Positions 53,663 through 64,000 of a stretch of DNA of 64,000 nucleotides are shown piece by piece. Where the stretch lies: assembly GCA_964247055.1 (NCBI GenBank), contig OZ176053.1, positions 434,001 to 498,000 of the forward strand, written 5' to 3'. The notes under the pieces were generated by a model. It ran no database searches. It was not told where the DNA came from and saw only the letters and a list, made by a program, of their open reading frames with translations. This DNA comes from Paragordius varius (taxonomy: Eukaryota > Animalia > Nematomorpha). Position 1 is the first letter of the stretch, and every line of letters begins with the position of its first letter. The translations under genes and the position numbers were made by a program.

Positions 53663-53920
53663 CCATTTACAACAAAAATTTACTTTCGAACAACTCAAAT
53701 TCACCCTAAAATAAATTATGTGTTTTTAATATTAAAAATGACCTATATTTTTTTATATTTTCAAAAAATGATATATTGATTAAAATTAAAATAATATTGA
53801 AAAAACAATAAACTATGTTATGAAGATATATTTCATATTAGTGCGGAGTTTTATTAGCCAGAAAACACATAATTTATTTAGGGTGAATTTTGTTCAAGGG
53901 AGAATTTGGATTGTAAGTGG
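53663..53920. mobile_element. Family A foldback MITE
   Basis: TA-CCATTTAC ... GTAAGTGG-TA. Confidence 0.75.
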
Positions 53921-54564
53921 TATAGTAAGATTAAATTAGATATAGAATATTTGACATTTTTTTTGAAAATAACTATGATATTTTGCACCTAGTTTGTAAT
54001 TGCCAATGAATATTCTTTAGTGATTCATAATAATAATAATATGAAAAATGCGTCTTGTTATAACCGATAAAATATTTGCATTTAAAGACATTACAGGTAA
54101 TGTTAAATATTTTTAATTAATATTATATTTTGTGGTGCTATAAAGACATTGTCTTTTAAACATATAAAAAAATTTATTTTTATTTTTCAGATGTAGGACA
54201 ATAATCCGAGCGAAAACGTTAAATGAGTGCAATACTTAACATTAAATATTTAAAGAAAGCCTAATTTTTCATTTTTTTTTCAAAAAAAAATATTTTTAAT
54301 TATATTTTTTTCATTTATTTATATGTATACCAGATTTTTAATGTGTTAAGTTTTAAAAAAATAAAATCGGCATTACACACAATTTTTTTTTGAAAAATCT
54401 TGTAAGACATATTTTTACCTTAGTTTAAATTAGAGACCAGATATCCATCCTTATTTTTTGAAAATTTTATTATTTTTTATTGCAAAACCTAGTTGTGTAA
54501 TGTTTAACATTTGAACACAACACATTATATATCTTTTACTAATTGAGTATAAATCATAAATTCT

Positions 54565-57500
54565 ATGCAAGGGGAAAGCCTTGATAAAAATTATTTAACG
54601 AGAAAAATGCAAACAGAAACCAAAATGAAATTACAATCATCCTCAAAATCAAAACCCAATTGGAGTAATTCTTTAGTTGGGATTTTCGGCATTTTTTCCG
54701 TTTTTTTCATTGGGGCTTTTGGTCTTTGGCTTACGGGTCAATATTTCACCATGTTATCGGGTTCAGAAGTGAGTGTTATGCGAAATTTCAATAAAACAGC
54801 TATCATAAGCTTTGAAAAAGGATTACGCTCCATCATTCCAAACGAAAAAATTCATCAAATCCCTCCATTAGTTTCAGTTAATTTAGAACCGGTTCCTCTT
54901 ACGAGTTCATTCAATTTTAACCAAAATCACCAATCCGTCAAAGATGATCCATCTTCCATAAGCACAGGTGAACTGCAAAGGAGACAAGAACCTAAAACGC
55001 TTAGTTATTCTTTATTCCCATCTATTTTACGACAAATGGTTGGTTGGTTTATTAGCTTACGTTAAAATATATATACTACTCAATATTTTTTATAAATTAA
55101 TCTAAAATAAAAATTTTTGTCTCAAAGATTACAGCTTTTAGTCGACGGAAAAAACGTAGCGTTGACCAAGATATAGATGAGGACGAAAATGTAAACCTAG
55201 AAAATTTGACAGAGGAAGAAAAACTGGAGAGGGAACGGAGAACCTATGTAGCTGGACATTACGAAAAAAGTTTTATTTAAAAAAATGAAATTATACGGAT
55301 AAAACCTAAAAAGGGACAAATATTTTTATCTAAAAGACAACCACCCTACTTTTTAAACCTCCTTAATATTTCCTATATATAAATTATTTAATTACAATTA
55401 AAATATATATATAATTGATTTTTATACCAATTTACATATCAATTTCGTATTTTGCAGTTTAAAACAATGAGTTATATTAAAATAAAGATTTAAACTACAG
55501 TATGGTTATCTTTTGGAAAAAATATTTGTGTTTTTTTTGTCTGTATTCAGTTTTTACTTAACATTTTCTCAAAAATACTTAAAAGGTTTAGAATTAAGTT
55601 ATAAATTACTTTTAATATAAAATGTTGGAGAGAGATTTGAATTTTGGTATGGGTCTTAAATTTAGATTTATGGATATATAAAAGTGTATATGCATACCAA
55701 ACTTTATTTTTGCTAGAGAAAATTAGGATCTAAGGTTTGGAAAATTTTAATAAAGTTTCGCGTTTTGCAAAATATTAATAAAATGTTCATTTTTTTAATT
55801 TTCGAAATATAGGACTTTTACTTTTTTTAAAACTGCCAGTATGACCTTTTTTGGAAGGTAAATTTTCCTTTTTAGACAAAACATATTTTCCAGAATGTAA
55901 TTTTTGGCACCGAATGCCTGGCGTATAATAATAACATAATCTTTAAAAAAGCTTGACGAAAAATTGACCTAAAAACCTAATATATAAATATATATATGTA
56001 TACATTTATAAACATTATGAAATATTTTTGCTAATATAGCACATACATACCTACCTATCCACCTCTTTTAAGTAATTCAACAGGATAATAAATATTATAT
56101 ATACTAAATTAAATATTAAAATGACATTTTGTTATGCATGAATCACGATATCTGTAATGGTAATATTTTACATCAAAAATTTAATCCTAAATATCAAAGA
56201 TGTTAACTATAGCTGCCTTTTATAATCTGTGGCGCGTACCGTAAAACGGCTAATAAATTTTTATTGATTGATTCTTAAACATTTTTTGCATCTCCCATCA
56301 TCAATAATTTATATGATAAAAGAGAAAACAAAAAGATTAAATTGAAATTAGGAAAAATTTCACCAAATTAATGCATAGACAGAATGCTAAAAATATTTAA
56401 AACTATAACTCGTTTTTTTTCGTAAGGAGTAAACTAATTTTCTTAATAAACATATAATGATCTCACAATTTTCCCCATTTTAATTAATACATACGCTGCT
56501 CTTTTATTTAGAGTGCAGACCATGTTTGGATGGTATAGTGGGGCGGGCTGGTGCCCCAGGTATGCCTGGCTCTCCCGGGGAAAATGGGCGCCCTGGGCGA
56601 GATGGACCCCCTGGGCCAGATGGAAATGCTGGTAGAGATGGAATTCCTGGTCGATATGGGACTCAGGTAACATGCTTAATTTAACATAATTTTCCCAAGT
56701 CTTTTTCCAGGAACTCATGTAAAGTCTTAGAAAATGCGTGTTTAATATATACGATACAATGTGTTTACGCCTATAGTTAATGAATAAAATTGTCGATTTT
56801 TCTTGGATGCCTTTTTAATATAATACCAAATTGAATTTATTTTCTTGGACACATGGACATAATATTCTCTAAACCTTGTTATGAGTATTAAATTGATCGA
56901 TTTCGAACCAAATAAATAAAAACATGTGCAAGCATTTCTATGGAGTATAGTTTTTTATCATTAATAACAACACAAATGTATTTTTACTCGTAGGGACCCC
57001 GTGGACCTCCTGGATTAGATGGAATTCCTGGTTCCCCCGGCAAGGATGGAGAACCAGGGCCTCCTGGAAAAGATGGCTTACCAGGCCGTGATGGAACATC
57101 TGGAAAGCCTGGGATCTTAGTAATAATAATTTACATTTTATATTTTTCTAAAAAACAAAAGATTGTCCAGTAGAGGTTGGATTATATAATTTGAAAATAT
57201 ATATAACTACTTATCGGGATAGAATTTCACTTGAAGTGTATGAAATTTTTTTAAAAGGGCCCGAAAGGTCAACCTGGACGAGATGGATTCCCTGGACGCG
57301 GTGGTCTTGATGGAATTCCCGGGAGAGATGGAAAGCCTGGAGAGCCGGGGCGAGATGGGCTTCCTGGTTTACCTGGGGAGCAAGTATATATATACATCAT
57401 ATTATCATAACATTTTTTAACCTTTTTTTTCCAATATTCTTATGCATTCAATGGTGTGTATGTGTGTGTAGGGATACCCGGGACCTCCAGGGGAAGATGG

Positions 57501-58571
57501 CTTGCCAGGAAGTATTGGCCTTCCAGGAAAAGATGCAAAACCTGGTATTCCTGGAGAACCTGGGCTTGATGGCGGACCCGGTTTTGATGGCCCACCGGTA
57601 AATATCTATCAATTCATATATTTTTGACACAAATTCAAAGAAATCCTACTTTCCGAAACATACATTATAAAAAATGTCAATGTATATGAGTGCTTTGACA
57701 CGCTCAAAATTAAAATGCAATTATCCAAATATTTTTTTCTCCGTAAATATAGGGTCCACCAGGACGTGATGGTAGACCTGGGTTGGATGGCGCTCCAGGG
57801 CGACCAGGGAAAGATGGGAATCCGGGCAGAGACGGGAACCCTGGAAAAAGCGGAGTTCCTGGAATCAAAGGAAATCCTGTAAGTGTTTCTATTTTAGCTA
57901 AAAGTAAAAGGTGATTTATATAATTTTTAATTAGGGCCCCAAAGGATCCCCTGGTAAAGATGGTAAGCCCGGAAATAACGGACATGACGGTTTACCTGGC
58001 AAAGATGGGGAACCCGGAAAGCCTGGTAGTGATGGTCTACCTGGAAGTCCTGGAGAAAAAGTTTTTTCCTAACATCCTAATTATTTCTCTCTTATTTTAA
58101 GTTTCTTCCCCAAAATATTACTTCAATCATATTTTGATAAAAGTGAAATAAAACACATTCAATCAAAACTTTTTTGATTCACTTTTATCTTTTTACAGGG
58201 TCCCTTGGGACCAAGCGGTAAACCCGGTAAAGATGGGCACCCTGGTAGTGATGGGAAAGATGGGATTCCTGGAAAAGATGGAAACCCTGGAAAGGACGGA
58301 ATTCCAGGCTTACCTGGACCACCTGTATCCTCTAATAATATATTAAATTTCTTTTACCCTTAATTTTTATTCCATATATGCTTGTATTTATATTCGTTAT
58401 GATTAAATTTTCATTAACATAGGGTAAGGATGGCAAACCTGGTAAAGATGGGCATCCTGGCAAACACGGAGAAAAAGGCAACCCAGGAAGCCCAGGGAAA
58501 GATGGATTACCAGGGAGAGATGGCGAACCAGGAAAACCTGGTCCAAGGGTAACTGCTTATTTATTATACAA

Positions 58572-58607
<36 letters not shown>

Positions 58608-59746
58608 TATTACAATTGTTAATGACACATACGAGAAAAAATATTTAAAAAATATAGGGACCCCCAGGGGACAGGGGTGAACCCGGTCGAGACGGGAGTG
58701 AAGGTCTACAAGGACCGCCCGGTGAAAGAGGAGCCCCCGGTGGCACTGGTTCCATCGGGCCGCCAGGACCGCCTGGTATTGATGGACATCCTGGGAAAAA
58801 CGGAACGCCAGGCCCGATTGGTGAAAAAGGACCACCTGGCCCGACCGGTAGACCAGGTCAAGCCGGAAAACCCGGAGCTACTGGACCCCGAGGTGACGCT
58901 GGAAACGATGGGAAACCTGGGCCTCCAGGCACCGACGGTATTCCAGGCAAGGATGGATCGAATGGAATAGATGGTGAAGCCGGCATCTGTCACAACTGTG
59001 TCCGTGTCGGTCCTACTGGTATGATATTAAGTTCAATTGATCTATCTTAAAACTATTATATTGGTAAAAATTAGGGTATAAAAGGTATATTTTATAAGCT
59101 ATCTGCATTATTTTATAGTGGAAAAGGAATATCACTCATGTTATGTCCATTTCGGTAAATCCTCATGCCAAAATCCACAAGGAGATGTTGAAACCATATA
59201 TGACGGTATGATATATATTTGTAATTTTCAATCTCTTTCATTCTCATGGTTATACCGTTTATAGGTTATATCTCGGGAGGCCATTATTTTTTCTCTGGAT
59301 CAGGGTTTGATTACCAATGTTTGCCTCGAAATCCAGATTTCAAGTTCAAATTAGACGGTTTTCAATCCAAAGCCACCATATACGGGGCTGAGTATAGGGT
59401 ATATGATGAACATTCACCTTTTACTCGCCGCGGTCACAAATTTAACGTGGGTCTATGTGCCTTGTGCTGTGTCCCCAGACCTGTAAGTATCATGTTTCCT
59501 GGGTTCAAAGAATGTCCTTTGGAATCTGGACAAAATTGGCAATTATCATATCGGGGCTACATTATGTCCGCTAATGAGGAACTTTCTCGCTCCAATTATG
59601 TGTGCATTGATGAAAATGCTGATTTTGAATCAAGTGGTACACCAGGGGACGGATCTGCACTTTACATTGTAGAAATTAAGAATGCCCATCTGCCAGATAA
59701 TTATATTTCGGGCCGCGAAATACCATGCGTAGTTTGTTCGCAATAA
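54565..59746 (+). CDS. Type II transmembrane collagen (860 aa): TM, furin site, CRPC, 150 Gly-X-Y triplets, CHNC, then a spongin/short-chain collagen C4-like C-terminal domain
   Basis: Exons 54565-55038, 55128-55269, 56512-56666, 56994-57119, 57258-57383, 57472-57597, 57753-57878, 57935-58060, 58199-58324, 58423-58548, 58658-59018, 59119-59205, 59265-59746. [22 protein letters not shown]; RRKKR|S; C-terminal motifs [54 protein letters not shown]. Confidence 0.9.
55283..55560. mobile_element. Family B MITE (degenerate) in collagen intron 2
   Basis: GAAATTATACGGATAAAA and AAAAGACAAC motifs; degenerate right end. Confidence 0.65.
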
Positions 59747-60584
59747 TCATTATTTTTTGAGTATTTGTTTGCATTGTTTGATAATATTAATATAGGCATG
59801 TTATGACTCAATTGTACTCCCCTTATTATCATATTTTATAATTTTATACACAATCATCACCGTTAAATAAATATTTTTCTTCTTTTGTCTATCTCTATTC
59901 TATCGTATGTTAGGGTATATATAGTACTTAAGCAAGTTTGCGTAAACTAGCCATATCAACAATTTAAAAAGACCGTGCAAAAATTTGACAAATTATTTTT
60001 TACTACCATGTACATTTTTTAAGGACATAAGCTAATTCAGTCATTTATCACATTTTTAAAATTTTTATTTATGACAAACTATATTAAATGAAAAAATTAA
60101 AATATAAGTATAATTAGGTAATTAGGTCATGGTCATTTATACAATATTGTTGGTAACGAAGGTGCAAATAGACCATTAAATTTTATGCAATATATAGGGG
60201 AATACAAATAATTGAGCTTAAAATTTTAGAGAGGTTTGTATAAATCAGACGGAACATTCTTCGTCAGTGTAGTTGTTAAATTTAAATTTTAATCTTTATC
60301 AATGATTATAGATATTTATCACCTATGAAATTATTTAGATAAAATATATAAATCCTAGAAAAATAATTTAGAATTCTCATGGTGATTATAGCTTTGGGCC
60401 TCACGAGTAATATAAAGATAAGATTAACCCTTTGTGTGAATCGCAACATGTAGAAAAAGCGTATTTGCGCACATAATGAGTAAATTTTTTTGGTGGTGAA
60501 AACTAATGCTTCAATATCATTAATAATTATACACAGTATCCACAAAAAAATATCCTAAAATTAAAAGAATAGTTTGTCAAAATT

Positions 60585-61535
60585 ATCATGGTATACTTTT
60601 GGTTTTGACTTTTTCGAGTGATTTAAGAAAGTTATTAATTTTTCCATAAAATGGCAAAATCTTTATTCAATAAATATCACTAAATTAAACTACAACAAAG
60701 GCATAATATTTTAAATTTTAATGGATGGGGACTCCAAAGGTATGAAATTTTTGTACTCTTTCAAAATGAGCTAGTTCTCTCAAAATAAGCGCAAAAATGC
60801 CGGGATTTAGCGATATAAATTTTTATTATATGCTAAAATTTGATATCAACTAAAAACATATACCTCACTTCATAATAATTTGAGGCATGATGGAGACTGA
60901 TAGAAAAGCTTTAAGATGTTATAATTATGCTTTTTCTCTATATGCTGAACGTTTTTATCGTCAATTCTTATCTAAGGGTTCGTTTTTTAAATCAGTGTTT
61001 AATATGTGTTTTTTGCAAATATTCACCAAGAAATGAAACGATCCTTTAAATTTAAATTGTGAAGCATAAAAATGTTCAGCATCATCTAAATATTAAAGCG
61101 TTTTTATGCAGTTACTATCATGCCTAATAGCATAAAACAAACTTTAACAAAATTTACTTAAAATTAAATTTTTGAAAAAAAACAATGCATTTTATAAAAA
61201 ATATTTTTAGTTGATATCAAGATTAAGCAATTAAATATTTTTTGCGCAATCTCGGGTGTTTATTCTAAAATAAGTAGCTATTTAAAAAAAATGGGACTTT
61301 CACAGTCCATATCTAAACATTATTTTAAAATATTGGTTTGCTTTTTATAGATAGTTTATAATATATTTTAGTAATATTTTTTGGATTGCAGCATTTATTC
61401 ACCAAAAAAATTAATCTAAAAAATAAATTATGCATTTTTCAGATATAGAGCACTTATTATAAAAGTGTATAAAACCTTTTGATATCACTCGTAAGAGCCA
61501 AAACAAAAAGCCGCATAATAATGATATATTTTTTA
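60585..61535. mobile_element. Long-TIR foldback element, family G copy 2
   Basis: Inverted arms, for example ttgatatcaacta (about 60840) and tagttgatatcaa (about 61208), and ttttggttttg...cgagtg versus cactcg...ccaaaacaaaa. Confidence 0.55.
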
Positions 61536-61581
61536 ATTAGAATATATATTCCAACAGCTTATATTTATGTGGATGTGTATT

Positions 61582-61625
<44 letters not shown>

Positions 61626-61668
61626 AATTACTATAATTCTATTTGAAGCCCACAAAAGTGCAAATTAA

Positions 61669-62244
61669 CACTTCGATTCAAATTGGGGTATCTAAATACC
61701 CCAGACTAAATTTAAATTATTTTTAAAAAACTACTGAAAGAAACGGTCCCAATTTAAATTTATGCTTCTATCCTGATTATTATATAAATATGCCAAAACA
61801 TCTTGATAAAATTTTGTTGTGAAAAAAAAGCTCCATCTCAAACTACTACGACGCCATTTTTATTTTACAAAATTTTGGCAAAATATCGTCTTTATTTAAT
61901 TTTAAGGGTAAAACTAAAGCTAATTTTTTATATAAATCACATCTAACATTGATAGAAATGGAAAAAGCGGTTTAGTTTGTATAATTTTTTAATTTTACAA
62001 ATTGACACATGTCATGTTGACGAAATTTTTACCTTTCGGTTTTAGCTTAAAATAAATAATATCAAGTATTTTTGAATAAACTTTTTTATATATTTCGGTT
62101 TATTAATGTTAGATAAGTGCAAAATTTTGCCATGGTTTCGATTCCTTCTATATTTTTTTAAAAATTTAATTTTAAATAGGCCTGGGGTATCCAACTACCC
62201 CAATTTGAATCGAAGGACTAAAATGAGTGTGTTGTATCCAAGTG
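61669..62244 (+). mobile_element. piggyBac-like MITE, family D copy 3 (best preserved)
   Basis: TTAA-CACTTCGAT ... ATCCAAGTG-TTAA, with an asymmetric subterminal repeat TTCGATTCAAATTGGGGTA / TACCCCAATTTGAATCGAA. Confidence 0.85.
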
Positions 62245-62620
62245 TTAATTTTTATATAACTCATAAGGCCATAAACAAAACTACCCATTCTGTTGCATAT
62301 ATGGACATTTTTTTCCACCATTTTTATTGTAAAATTCACTTATTAACTTTCATCGCAAAAATCAAACAAATATATAAAAGGTTTTTAAACTAATAGATTT
62401 ATCTATCAGATACATACTTCATCATGTTTTATTTTATAATGCCAGATTTTGTGTACTGTGAAAGCAAAAAAAATGCTAAATTATTGCACACTCATCTTTA
62501 TTTTATTATAAAATATACGAGTTTTTATATAATAAATTTTGGCCAATTTAATCTTATAATCATACCTTTTTCATAAATATATTTTTAAACCTGATCAACA
62601 CATGCTTTAGGTTTTTTATA

Positions 62621-63579
62621 ATGGGTATCACTGATCTGCGGTTTAATCAGCTTCAGGATTGCTTTATAATCTCTTCGAATGATGGGATTAAAGTCTTTAA
62701 TTTGGAGCCTTTGCATGAATTACTAAACTTAACTGTGGACCAAGTGGGAAGTGTATCTTTTGCAGAAATGATTTTTAGGTTTCAAAAAATTCTTTTTAAT
62801 AACGTTTTAGAACAAATTTAACGGCATTTGTAAGCGGGGATCCTAAACCAAAGTACGCTGAAAATATTGTTGCCGTATGGGATGATGTTAGAAAAATGGT
62901 TATATTTGAATTCCATTTAAATTTACCCGTTTTTCAAATACGATCCACTCATTCACGCCTCCTTATTCAATGCCAAAATCAAGTTAGTATATCAAAATTT
63001 TTATGAGTCATTCTGTTGTTTTTAAAACTGCTTTAAAGCAAATAGTTCCGGTTCTGTACCTTAGCTAAAATGGTTTGGATTCCAGTTCATTTTTCCAATT
63101 AATAAAACAATATTATTTAGCAATGTGAACCAATTATATTTGGAAGCTAGTCAATTTTATTAGATGAGAATAATTATAAAATTAAAATCTATAAAAGTAT
63201 AAGATTCTTATTAAAAATAATGTATTTTATGACTTTGCGATTCCGAATCGGTTCCAAAATAACTCTTCAAGTTTGTTATCTTAATTGCAAAAACATTTTC
63301 TCTTTAGATTCACATATATCAATTCGATATAAATCCACCTGTTCATTTACAAACTATCGATACATGTGATAATTTTCGAGGGCTGTTAGCTCTTTATTGC
63401 CCAATTAAAGAATCATACTTTTGTGATTTATCATCTAACCATCACCCGAAAGATGAAAAAACTCCTAAAGGTAACCAACATGGTCAAAATAACAATCAAC
63501 TCCATTTAATAGCATTCCCTGGCATAAAGTGTGGTACCGTTCAAATTGTCGATATTGATTCCCAGCCGTCTGAAAAAAA
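62621..63579 (+). CDS. WDR45: WD repeat domain phosphoinositide-interacting protein 4 (WIPI4, PROPPIN); 5' part only
   Basis: Exons 62621-62778, 62811-62982 and 63308 to about 63579 (last donor uncertain). GITDLRFNQLQDCF, DQVGSVSFAEMIFR, VWDD and FPGIKCGTVQIVD look more like WIPI4 than WIPI3. The gene continues beyond the window. Confidence 0.85.
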
Positions 63580-64000
63580 GTTTAAAGTTTTTTTTGTTTT
63601 TCAAGTTTATTTCGGGTTGCGTTTTTGACCGCTAAAAAATATTCGGTCTGATTGCTTATAAGTGTTGTATTAAATACGTTAATATTAAGCCAGAGCAATA
63701 AAGTTAAATGTTTAAAATGTTTAATTGACAATATATTGATAAATACTAATTGAAATATGATTAATATTAAAATTGTCATTTTTTTTTAATAAATTTTATT
63801 AGACGATAAATACATGCTTAAAAGTTTTTAATTGTATTTAGCAGTTACCTCTATATATAACCGGTCAGAACCAACCTTAGTTATGATACTTAGAGTTTTT
63901 TTAACAAAAGCAATTGTACTTACTTTTATATGAAATTTAATTTATATGATATACTTTTAATTTTAAATGTTTTATGTAAAAAATAAATAAAATATAGTTA

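Noticed and set aside
56443-58993. ORFs 56443-56718, 57448-57630, 57710-57985, 58557-58835, 58706-58993 (minus) and 58677-58970 (plus)
   Set aside because: These are antisense or off-frame shadows of the GC-rich Gly-X-Y exons.
60244-60270. Minus-strand CTGACGA-AGAATGTTCC-GTC as a hammerhead relic
   Set aside because: The essential GAAA segment is missing and stem I is unconvincing. At best it is a deleted relic.
1-64000. Prokaryotic, organellar or alternative-genetic-code origin
   Set aside because: The spliceosomal gene models translate cleanly in the standard code and encode animal-type proteins (PTIP, collagen, NPEPL1).

Overview
This is very AT-rich, intron-rich genomic DNA from an invertebrate animal; the species cannot be determined from sequence alone. 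I assembled the gene models by hand with phase-consistent GT-AG introns. In order: PAXIP1/PTIP (minus strand, runs off the left edge); a small orphan gene head-to-head with it; a two-exon secreted orphan; a GLIPR1-like CAP protein; WDR36/UTP21; NPEPL1 (M17 aminopeptidase); a type II membrane collagen with a spongin/short-chain-collagen-type C-terminal domain; and WDR45/WIPI4 (runs off the right edge). Introns and intergenic DNA are packed with several MITE families, a 5'-truncated RTE LINE, two mariner relics and a tRNA-like relic. The most striking observations are: (1) all three copies of a piggyBac-like TTAA MITE sit in the same orientation just upstream of housekeeping-gene start codons, two of them behind a shared foldback element and (TA)n tract; (2) a minimal type I hammerhead ribozyme at about 41.0 kb; (3) 28-32 nt micro-introns found only at gene 5' ends; (4) seven consecutive collagen exons of exactly 126 bp; (5) tandem duplications in NPEPL1 intron 10 that created chimeric mini-exons. 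All homology calls come from my recognition of motifs; no database search was run.
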